From: Thermoproteota archaeon
GTDB lineage: Archaea; Korarchaeota; Korarchaeia; Korarchaeales; Korarchaeaceae
NCBI GenBank assembly: GCA_037917625.1
Contig: JAVCBY010000092.1
Span: forward strand, 1-13,292
Length of the DNA stretch: 13,292 bases
Reading direction: 5' to 3'
Shown: one piece after another, positions 1-7,685 of the stretch
Numbering within the stretch: position 1 is the first letter of the stretch
Layout: each line of letters starts with the position of its first letter
The notes under the pieces: model-generated
Seen by the model: the letters and a program-made list of their open reading frames with translations, nothing else
Databases searched by the model: none
What the model was told of the DNA's origin: nothing
Position numbers and translations under genes: made by a program

Positions 1-126
1 ATTACCATCATTTATCTGTCCTTCTAAAAACCAAATAAAACCATTCATGCTCCCTGATGGATCTAGAAAAACAGCACCCTTTTCAACTTCATCGCTATAT
101 TTTTCGAATATTTTCTCCACAATGGA
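1..126 (-). pseudogene. Inverted internal fragment of an SNF2/DUF3883 helicase gene (partial, runs off the left edge)
   Basis: The minus strand from 126 reads SIVEKIFEKYSDEVEKGAVFLDPSGSMNGFIWFLEGQINDGN, open to base 1. It is preceded by an in-frame TGA (129-127). The GAVFxDP...WFL...I.DG pattern resembles, from my recollection of the family, the segment just upstream of the coiled-coil/DUF3883 part of these helicases. Confidence 0.65.
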
Positions 127-900
127 TCAGCTCTTAAAGGAGCTCAGTTGGTACCCGATGAGGAATCCATACTCGCACTTGCTGTGGAAAAAGTTTTACC
201 AGCATATCTCGAAGAGTTGAGAAGGCAAAGGGAGCATGATGCTGAAATAAAGAGGAAATATGGTTTAAGGTCTCTTCAAGAGCTCATCCTACAATCTGAT
301 GGTAAAATAGCTGAATATGAGACAAGAAAGTGGAGGGGCGAGCCCATCCCCGAAGCCACGATCCTGAATGAGATAAGAAATAGGGAGGAATTAGAGAGAA
401 AGAGGAAAAAGCTTGAAGAGCAAATAGAGGCAGAAATAAGCCTTCTACCATCACCACCAAAAATCCTTGGGGTCGTAGCAGTTGTTCCAAAGGTTCCAGT
501 AGATGATGTACTGAAAGAGGATAAGGAAATAGAAGAAATAGGCATGAAGATTGCTATGGAATTTGAATTGGCTCAAGGAAGAAGCCCAGAAGATGTATCT
601 TCTCAGAACTTAGGTTTTGACATACGATCTAAATCGCCAGATGGGACCTTCCGATACATAGAGGTCAAAGCTAGGGCACAAGAGGGCAAGATAGCACTCA
701 CACCAAATGAATGGTTGATGGCTCGTAGACTTGGAAACGAGTACTGGCTTTACGTAGTTGTAAATGCGAGCAAAGAACCAGAACTTTATACGATACAAAA
801 TCCGGCAGAGAAGCTAAAGCCAGCAGAGGAAGTAGAGGTTGTCCGGTACATTGTAACAGATTGGAAAAGTGCGGCTACAAAGGAAAGGGTGGTTAAATGA
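127..900 (+). CDS. C-terminal part of an SNF2-type helicase-nuclease: coiled coil plus DUF3883 PD-(D/E)XK nuclease domain (5'-truncated)
   Basis: ORF 148..900 has a coiled coil followed by [14 protein letters not shown]...GFDIRS...YIEVKAR...ALTPNEW...YWLYVV, typical of DUF3883. The frame has stops upstream (25-27, 55-57, 64-66) and no helicase motifs. The TTG at 148 is probably not a native start. The stop overlaps the next ATG (ATGA, 897-900). Confidence 0.8.
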   Translation, partial: SALKGAQLVPDEESILALAVEKVLPAYLEELRRQREHDAEIKRKYGLRSLQELILQSDGKIAEYETRKWRGEPIPEATILNEIRNREELERKRKKLEEQIEAEISLLPSPPKILGVVAVVPKVPVDDVLKEDKEIEEIGMKIAMEFELAQGRSPEDVSSQNLGFDIRSKSPDGTFRYIEVKARAQEGKIALTPNEWLMARRLGNEYWLYVVVNASKEPELYTIQNPAEKLKPAEEVEVVRYIVTDWKSAATKERVVK

Positions 901-3614
901 AGGATAGAAGGCTAATAGAAGTTAATTTTCCTCTGAAGGAAGTAAGCGAGGAATCAGTGAGGGAGAAGAACATACGACATGGGCATATCTCTACTCTCCA
1001 TATTTGGTGGGCTCGACGCCCCTTAGCTGCATCTAGGGCGACTGCTTACGCAGCGTTAATCCCAGCTCCTGATGACGATGATGAGCTGAAGGAGAAGCTC
1101 GAATTCATCGCTAAGCTTTCAAAATGGGAAAACTCTCTAAATGAACAGTTGATAGAAAAAGCGAGGAAAGATATCAGGGATTTCTTCAATGGGAAGGCAC
1201 CTAAAGTTTTGGATTGCTTCGCTGGTGGAGGCTCTATTCCTTTGGAGGCATTAAGGCTTGGTTGCGAAACTTACGCTTTGGAATATAACCCTGTAGCTGT
1301 GCTGATCTTGAAAGCTGTTTTGGAGTATCCGCAAAAATATAGCCAAGTGAGAGCTGAAGATCCCAAACAAACGACATTAGCGGGGGAAGTACAAACTAAG
1401 GGAATACCCAGGCTTTTATATGATGTGAAGAAATGGGGGGAATGGGTTCTAAATGAGGCTAGGAAAGAAATAGGCAGATTTTATCCTCCGGATCCAGATG
1501 GAAGCATCCCAGTAGGGTATATCTGGGCGAGGACCATTAAGTGCCAAAATCCCTCATGCGGCGCGGAAATTCCCTTGATGAGGCAGTTCTGGCTCACTAA
1601 AAAGGAAAATAAGAAAATTGCCTTGAAAATGCTCGTCGATAAGGAGAGGAAAAGGATAGATTTTAAGATAGTTCAGGGAAATGAGATAGACTTCGATCCA
1701 TCACGGGGAACCACACGAAGAGCCACAGCTTTATGTCCAGTATGTGGTGCGGGAATTGATGACAAAACTATGAGAAAACAATTTCAGGAAGGGAAAGCAG
1801 GGCAACGCATGGTAGCTGTAGTGCTATATGACCCAAAAAAGCGTGGTAAGACTTACCGAATCGCATCAGAGAAGGATTTGGAGATTTTCGAAGAAGCTGA
1901 GAAGTATCTGGAGAAGAAAAGGCGGGAATTGTTCGATAAATGGGGAATTGACCCTGTGCCGAATGAGCCATTGAGAAGGGTGCCTGTAACATTTGGTGTA
2001 ATAAACGTGTGGGTTTATGGAATGGATGATTGGGGCTCTCTTTTCAACTCCCGTCAGAAGCTTGCTTTGATCACTTTTGTGGAGAAAGTAAGGCAGGCGT
2101 ATAGGAAAATGATTGAAGAAGGATATGATGAAGAATATGCCAAGGCGGTTACGAGCTACCTCGCTTTGATGTTGGGAAAATTAGAAGATTGGAACTCTGT
2201 TTTATCGATTTGGCGAGGAGATCAAGAAAGAAATGAACATGTCTTCAATAGACAGGCTTTACCTATGGTTTGGGATTATGGTGAAAGAAATCCTTTAGAG
2301 GGGGAATTAATGTCACCTCAAGGTATAGATAAAATTATTGAGCATTGCTCTGAAACAAATAATTTGCCCGCCATCGTCACTCAAGGTTCCGCCACCTCTT
2401 TACCTTATCCCGATAATTTCTTTGATGCTGTCATTACTGACCCGCCTTACTATGACAATGTGCCTTATTCTTATCTTTCCGATTTCTTCTACGTCTGGCT
2501 TAAAAGAGCGATTGGTGACTTACATCCGGATCTCTTCGCAACACCCCTTACGCCAAAATCTGAGGAGATCGTTGCTTACTCTCATGGGAAAGGTGGCTTT
2601 GAGGAAGGGAAAAAGTTCTTTGAGGAGATGATTACTCGGTCCTTTAAGGAAATCTATAGGGTCCTGAAACCTGATGGCATAGCTATAATAGTCTTCGCTT
2701 ACAAATCTACCGATGCATGGGAAACAATCATCAATAGTCTACTCAAATCAGGTTTAGTTCTCACGGCATCTTGGCCCATTCATACCGAAATGAAGGAAAG
2801 GCTAAGAGCCCAAGAAAGCGCAGCACTGGCATCCTCAATTTATATGGTATGTAGGAAGCGCACAAAGGAAGAGACAGCATATTTCAGTCAGATAAAAGAA
2901 GATATCGAAAAGAGTGTTAAGGAGAAGCTCTCTCAGTTTTGGAGCCAGGGAATCACTGGTGCAGATTTCTTTGTCAGCGCAATAGGTCCTGCCGTGGAGG
3001 TATTTGGTAAATACTCTAAGGTAGAAAGACTTTCTGGTGAAGAAGTTTCGGTTCAAGAGTTATTGGAGTATGTGAGAAAAATCGTTAGCGAGTTCGCTTT
3101 AGAGAGGGTGTTAAAGAGAGTTGACCTCGGTGGAGTTGACGCTGATACAAGATTCTACTTATTGTGGAGATGGACCTTTGGTAATGCTAAAGTTCATTTC
3201 GATGATGCAATAAAACTTTCACGATCGATGGGTGTTGAGCTCACGCGTTTATGGGATAGTGGAGGGTTCGTTAAGAAGGAGAAGGAATTTATTAGGGTTC
3301 TAGGCCCGAAGGAGAGAGCAAAGGATCCAGCCTTCTTAAGGAAGACAAAGTTTACTTCGATGATCGATGTTCTCCACTATGTTCTAATCTTATGGGAGCG
3401 GGGAGAAAGAGAGAAAATTAAAGAAGTCCTGGATGAAACTGGGTATGCAGGGAATGAAATATTTTGGCAGACAGCTCAAGCTATCTCGGAGATCCTTCCA
3501 GAAGGAGATAAAGAAAAGCAATTGCTTCAAGGTTTTCTTTATGGAAAAGAAAACTATATCAAGGGGGCATATAGAGGGGAGCAAAGTTTACTTAAATTTA
3601 TTAAGGGTGATTAG
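897..3614 (+). CDS. DUF1156-family adenine-specific DNA methyltransferase with Zn-ribbon insert
   Basis: N-terminal [15 protein letters not shown] (DUF1156 signature), SAM-binding motif [14 protein letters not shown], catalytic motif [10 protein letters not shown], and Cys pairs CQNPSC and CPVC. 905 aa. Confidence 0.92.
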   Translation: MKDRRLIEVNFPLKEVSEESVREKNIRHGHISTLHIWWARRPLAASRATAYAALIPAPDDDDELKEKLEFIAKLSKWENSLNEQLIEKARKDIRDFFNGKAPKVLDCFAGGGSIPLEALRLGCETYALEYNPVAVLILKAVLEYPQKYSQVRAEDPKQTTLAGEVQTKGIPRLLYDVKKWGEWVLNEARKEIGRFYPPDPDGSIPVGYIWARTIKCQNPSCGAEIPLMRQFWLTKKENKKIALKMLVDKERKRIDFKIVQGNEIDFDPSRGTTRRATALCPVCGAGIDDKTMRKQFQEGKAGQRMVAVVLYDPKKRGKTYRIASEKDLEIFEEAEKYLEKKRRELFDKWGIDPVPNEPLRRVPVTFGVINVWVYGMDDWGSLFNSRQKLALITFVEKVRQAYRKMIEEGYDEEYAKAVTSYLALMLGKLEDWNSVLSIWRGDQERNEHVFNRQALPMVWDYGERNPLEGELMSPQGIDKIIEHCSETNNLPAIVTQGSATSLPYPDNFFDAVITDPPYYDNVPYSYLSDFFYVWLKRAIGDLHPDLFATPLTPKSEEIVAYSHGKGGFEEGKKFFEEMITRSFKEIYRVLKPDGIAIIVFAYKSTDAWETIINSLLKSGLVLTASWPIHTEMKERLRAQESAALASSIYMVCRKRTKEETAYFSQIKEDIEKSVKEKLSQFWSQGITGADFFVSAIGPAVEVFGKYSKVERLSGEEVSVQELLEYVRKIVSEFALERVLKRVDLGGVDADTRFYLLWRWTFGNAKVHFDDAIKLSRSMGVELTRLWDSGGFVKKEKEFIRVLGPKERAKDPAFLRKTKFTSMIDVLHYVLILWERGEREKIKEVLDETGYAGNEIFWQTAQAISEILPEGDKEKQLLQGFLYGKENYIKGAYRGEQSLLKFIKGD

Positions 3615-6311
3615 ATGAGTATTATGAGTATGAAACCTTGGGTACAAGTCGTTGTCCCTCATAAGGATATCAGAGAAGGCAGGTTAGATGAAGCTGTTTT
3701 TGCAGCCAGTCTTGGGGATGTCGTTCAGGATAAAGGACCAATAGACTACAGAGATCCGGAAACTTTCTTCAGGAAAACCTACTTTACTGCTGGATTAAAG
3801 AACCTTATCGGAACCGTGTTATCAGGACTTTCTGATAAAGGAAGGGGAGGTATAGTCATTCAACTTCAAACACCCTTTGGAGGTGGAAAGACTCACGCCT
3901 TGCTTTCTTTGTACCACATATTCAAAAATAGTGATAAGATTATACATCTGGATATGATCAAAAGGATTTTGGAAGAGAATAAAATTGACAGAATTCCGGA
4001 GACTAAAGTTGTCGTTTTTGTAGGCGAATATGCAGATCCATTAAAGGGAAAAACCTTATGGGGGGAGATAGCTCACCAACTTGAAAGCTATGAACTTATC
4101 AAGGAATATGATGAAAAGAGGGTTTCTCCGAGCAAGGACATTATAGTGGAGATTCTTTCGAAAAATAAGCCAGTTCTTATTCTGATGGATGAACTTTTGC
4201 AGTACGTTGTGAGAGCGATGGGAGTAAAGGTTGGAGAAGGCACATTAAAAGGTCAAGTCGTTGCCTTCCTTAAAGCACTTACAGAAGCCGTTACAATCAC
4301 GGATAATTGTGCTTTAATAGCCACACTTCCATCAAGTGTCACGGAAGGTTTTGAGGAGCCGGAAAAAGCGGAGAGAATCCTTTCGGAGCTCCAGAAAATA
4401 TTCGGAAGAGTGGAAAAAATCTACACTCCTGTGGAGGGCGAGGAAATCTATGAGATTATAAGGAAACGGCTTTTTGAGGATCTAGGAGATATAAGAGCTC
4501 ATAGAATTGTCGCAGAAGAGTATTTCAACCTTTATCAAAAGCTCGGCGAAGATATACCTCCCGAATGTAGGGAGATCGATTATAGAGAAAGAATCTTAAG
4601 GGCATACCCATTCCATCCAGAAACGATAGACATTCTATTTGAAAGATGGGGAACAATACCCACTTTCCAAAGAACTAGGGGTGTCTTAAGGCTCTTAGCA
4701 GAGGTCGTTGCAGATCTCTATAAGAGGGAGTTCCCTGCACCGCTAATACAGCCTGCTCACATAAACCTTGCAAATCCGACCATAAGAAGGGAGTTTGTGA
4801 AGCATATAGGCAATGAGTTCGAAGGAGTTATAGCATCAGACATCGATGGACCAAACGCTAAGGCTCCCAGAATAGATAGGGAAATGGGAACAGAGTATGC
4901 GAGGTTTAAGGTAGCGACAGGTCTTGCTACTTCAATATTCTTATACTCGTTCAGCGGTGGAGAAAGGAAAGGAGTGACCATCCAAAGGCTTAGATTAGCA
5001 GTTTTACGTGAAGGAATACCCCCTGCTATCATAGGGGATGCTATTAGAAGGCTAGAAGATGAACTTTGGTTCCTCCATTTTGAGAAAAACCTCTATTATT
5101 TCAGCAACGTAGCCGGTCTTAACCGGGTCATCATAGACAAGGAGGAGGCTGTAAAAGAAGATGATATAATCGAAGAGGCAAGAAAGAGAATTGAAAGAAT
5201 TGCTGGTAAGGATTTTGATGTCTTCATATGGCCGAATTCAAATAGTGATATACCAGACAATAGGAAACTAAAGCTCGTTGTTCTGTCGCACCACTTTATG
5301 GCTAAAGATCCTTCGACACAGAAGTTCATTACAGACGTAATCAATAACTACTCAGCTGGCTTCAGAACCTATAAAAATACGCTAATATTCCTGATAATTG
5401 ACCCAAATGAATACGATGGACTCAAGAGGATCATACGCAGCTACCTCGCACTCAGTGCAATAAGGGCAGATAAGGAAACTATGAAAAGACTTACAGAAGA
5501 TGATAGAAAACGAGTGGAACAAAAGTTAAAGGACATAGATTCCTCCATTCCAATTAAGATCCTTTCCCTATATCGCTACGTAGCTAAAGCTTCGGAAGAT
5601 GGATTTAAAATATTTGATTTGGGCATCCCCACTGTTGGAGAAAGACTTAGCCTCACAGCAAGGATAAAAGAATATCTAAAGGACCGAGAAATACTGCTAG
5701 AGAGGATATCTCCAAAGGTGTTATTTGATATAACCTTTTCTAAGGAAGATGAACGTAAAACGATTGCTGAAGTATGGGAAGCCTTCCTGAAGTTTCCCGA
5801 ACTGCCTATGCTTGAAAGTATACAGGTTCTTAAAAATGTCGTTGCTCAGGGGGTCCAAAGCGGAATATTTGGGCTATTGATTGATAATAAAGTTCATTAT
5901 ATGGAGACCATTTCTCCCAACATCATTACAGAGGAAGCCCTCATTATAAGAAAAGAAATTGCACAAAAAATGAAAGAGGAAATAGAAGAAGTACCAATCA
6001 GTGTAGAAGCTCCAACAGTAACTCCTGAAGTGGTCCCGACACAGGTAACTCCCGAGAGGATTGTAAGGAAACCAACTCCTGAGAGGGTTATAAGAAAAAT
6101 AGTGTTAAGAGCTGAGATTCCGTGGGACAGAGTATCGGACATTGTTCGCGGTGTCTTTGTGCCACTAAATCAGGAAGGCGCTCAAGTATCACTTGAAGTT
6201 AAGATTGAGGCAGAATCTCAAAAAGGAATTAGCAGAGATACTCTAGACCTTAAAATAAAAGAAACCCTGAATCAAATTGGAGCTAAGGTTCTTGAGATGA
6301 AAGAGGAATGA
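3615..6311 (+). CDS. DUF499-family AAA+ ATPase (BrxC/PglY-related)
   Basis: N-terminal KPWVQVVVPHKDI...FAASL, Walker A QTPFGGGKTH, Walker B ILMDE, and YPFHPE and FQRTRGVLRLLA motifs. SD-like GGTGAT lies 3 nt before the ATG, which directly follows the MTase stop. Confidence 0.92.
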   Translation: MSIMSMKPWVQVVVPHKDIREGRLDEAVFAASLGDVVQDKGPIDYRDPETFFRKTYFTAGLKNLIGTVLSGLSDKGRGGIVIQLQTPFGGGKTHALLSLYHIFKNSDKIIHLDMIKRILEENKIDRIPETKVVVFVGEYADPLKGKTLWGEIAHQLESYELIKEYDEKRVSPSKDIIVEILSKNKPVLILMDELLQYVVRAMGVKVGEGTLKGQVVAFLKALTEAVTITDNCALIATLPSSVTEGFEEPEKAERILSELQKIFGRVEKIYTPVEGEEIYEIIRKRLFEDLGDIRAHRIVAEEYFNLYQKLGEDIPPECREIDYRERILRAYPFHPETIDILFERWGTIPTFQRTRGVLRLLAEVVADLYKREFPAPLIQPAHINLANPTIRREFVKHIGNEFEGVIASDIDGPNAKAPRIDREMGTEYARFKVATGLATSIFLYSFSGGERKGVTIQRLRLAVLREGIPPAIIGDAIRRLEDELWFLHFEKNLYYFSNVAGLNRVIIDKEEAVKEDDIIEEARKRIERIAGKDFDVFIWPNSNSDIPDNRKLKLVVLSHHFMAKDPSTQKFITDVINNYSAGFRTYKNTLIFLIIDPNEYDGLKRIIRSYLALSAIRADKETMKRLTEDDRKRVEQKLKDIDSSIPIKILSLYRYVAKASEDGFKIFDLGIPTVGERLSLTARIKEYLKDREILLERISPKVLFDITFSKEDERKTIAEVWEAFLKFPELPMLESIQVLKNVVAQGVQSGIFGLLIDNKVHYMETISPNIITEEALIIRKEIAQKMKEEIEEVPISVEAPTVTPEVVPTQVTPERIVRKPTPERVIRKIVLRAEIPWDRVSDIVRGVFVPLNQEGAQVSLEVKIEAESQKGISRDTLDLKIKETLNQIGAKVLEMKEE
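6021..6101 (+). repeat. Three degenerate 27-bp tandem units in the Pro/Thr linker of the DUF499 gene
   Basis: Units start ACTCCYGA at 6021, 6048 and 6075 and encode TPEVVPTQV, TPERIVRKP and TPERVIRKI. Confidence 0.6.
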
Positions 6312-6581
6312 GGGATGACAGACATCGGCGAGTTGAGGTTAGCTGTTCTCGCCAAGAAATTAAATCTCACAGCGTTAACTAAGGCAAAATAACGTGCTTC
6401 TTTGAGAAATATTACTCAATTCATCCCCTTCACAAACAGAAACCCCAGAGAACTTTATAGTCACATGATCTTTATCTGAATTTAACGTATAACATCCCTA
6501 AGGTTTTCTGTAATCGATCACAATTTTTGAAGCGAAAAGAGGAAGAGCTTTTTCCTACCTCTTAAAAACTTCTCTGATTCC

Positions 6582-6704
6582 ATGAAATACTGTGAATATC
6601 TCGATTGCAATAAAGAAGCAACGCACAGCTTGATTTTTGGTGATGTTAAGACCTACTACTGCTTTAAGCATCTGAAGAGTGTGAAAGTCGTCCTGACGGT
6701 TTAA
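6582..6704 (+). CDS. Putative 40-aa Cys3His zinc-finger microprotein
   Basis: ATG 6582 to TAA 6704 reads MKYCEYLDCNKEATHSLIFGDVKTYYCFKHLKSVKVVLTV, a C-x4-C-x17-C-x2-H pattern. It is below the ORF-track length cutoff. Confidence 0.55.
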   Translation: MKYCEYLDCNKEATHSLIFGDVKTYYCFKHLKSVKVVLTV

Positions 6705-6959
6705 TGATAGCCCACGATTCGAACTCCTGCCAAGCATACCTCAAGATATTTCTCTGGTAAAAAAGCGTAAATCCCCCCGCACTCCGCCCTCGAGATAGCT
6801 TATCCAGATCTGATCAGTTTTGAGAGGGACTCTGGGACTTTAGCATTGAGCTATATATCGGGAAAGTTGTATAGTAAAATATTTTAAAGTCAGTCCTAAG
6901 CACATGGATTCCCAGCTGATGGATCGGGGCTGGGCATCCGCTCACTGAGGGATCGATGA

Positions 6960-6972
6960 TAAAGCTTAATAG
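6960..6972 (+). promoter_or_regulatory. Candidate BRE/TATA promoter for tRNA-Gln
   Basis: TAAAGCTTAATAG lies about 23-35 nt upstream of the tRNA 5' end, matching archaeal promoter spacing. Confidence 0.5.
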
Positions 6973-6994
6973 CTCCTAGCCCTTAATGAAGGGG

Positions 6995-7070
6995 AGCCCC
7001 GTGGTGTAGCGGCCAAGCACGCCGGGCTTTGGACCCGGAGACCCCGGTTCGAATCCGGGCGGGGCTACCA
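6995..7070 (+). tRNA. tRNA-Gln(UUG), intronless, CCA encoded
   Basis: Acceptor stem AGCCCCG/CGGGGCT with the A1-U72 pair typical of archaeal tRNA-Gln. Anticodon arm CCGGG-CT-TTG-GA-CCCGG (TTG at 7029-7031). T loop TTCGAAT. Ends ACCA. Confidence 0.97.
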
Positions 7071-7083
7071 TAAAGTGATCCCC

Positions 7084-7569
7084 ATGGAATTCATCGTGGA
7101 TTCTATGAGCGGGAAGCTCGCTAAGTGGCTCAGGATCCTCGGCCACAGCGTTAAATACATATCACCTGAGGTAGATGACTCCTCGATATTGAAGCTCGCT
7201 GAGGGATCTTTGCTCATAACTAGGGACCATGAGCTCCTAGAGAGAGCTAGGAAGATGGGCCTAGAGGCATATGAGGTGCCTCAGGACTTAATAGGGGCTA
7301 TGGTCTATGTATCGAATCTAGGGATCAAGCTGAAGATAGACCCTAGAGGGACTAGGTGTCCTTTCTGCGATGAACCCCTCTCAATAGTCAGAAATCGGGA
7401 AATAGATATTAAACTGCCTAAGGAGGTTATTAGGGGGCATAGGAAGTTCTTATTGTGTAGGAAGTGCGGGAAGGTATTCTGGTTCGGCTCCCACTACTGG
7501 AAGATGCTCAAGACGTTAGCGAGAGTAAAGGAAAAAAGGGAGGAGATGAGAATCAATAGGGGCCTATGA
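7084..7569 (+). CDS. Mut7-C RNase domain protein (PIN-like fold with Zn ribbon)
   Basis: FIVDSMSGKLAKWLRILG, LLITRDHEL, TRCPFCD and CRKCGKVFWFGSHY. ATG 7084 is preferred over GTG 7075 because the family motif begins right there. Confidence 0.9.
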   Translation: MEFIVDSMSGKLAKWLRILGHSVKYISPEVDDSSILKLAEGSLLITRDHELLERARKMGLEAYEVPQDLIGAMVYVSNLGIKLKIDPRGTRCPFCDEPLSIVRNREIDIKLPKEVIRGHRKFLLCRKCGKVFWFGSHYWKMLKTLARVKEKREEMRINRGL

Positions 7570-7619
7570 TGTTAGGTGACGGCAATGAGCTGTGAACTCA
7601 CTGACCTGAGCTGAGGCCC
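7560..7619 (+). ncRNA. Candidate box C/D methylation-guide sRNA
   Basis: Terminal stem GGGCC (7560-64)/GGCCC (7615-19), C box ATGATGT (7566-72, one mismatch to RTGATGA), 12-nt guide, D' ATGA (7585-88), degenerate C' GTGAACT (7592-98), 12-nt guide, D box CTGA (7611-14). Confidence 0.65.
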
Positions 7620-7685
7620 TCCATGTACAATCCGATTAGAGCAAATGATTTAATTTGAGTCCCTCGAGGCCCTTCGGGTGATAAC

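Noticed and set aside
276..6142. Short alternative-frame or antisense ORFs inside the defence genes (276..545, 284..490, 610..798, 1768..1992, 2338..2631, 2835..3056, 3390..3584, 3433..3618, 4757..5032, 5096..5344, 5897..6142)
   Set aside because: They overlap long motif-bearing genes and show no independent coding signal.
6555..6737. 60-aa minus-strand ORF
   Set aside because: No recognisable motif, and it is antisense to the more convincing Cys3His micro-ORF.
6769..6788. AAATCCCCCCGCACTCCGCC resembles a tRNA 3' end (possible att remnant; 13 nt plus G is reminiscent of tRNA-Sec)
   Set aside because: No TTC of the T loop, no 5' half, and no match to either tRNA in the window. Too short to support without a genome-wide search.
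6916..6948. CTGATGG...CTGA read as a second full box C/D sRNA
   Set aside because: The spacing is too short for two guides plus D'/C' boxes. Retained only as a generic hairpin candidate.
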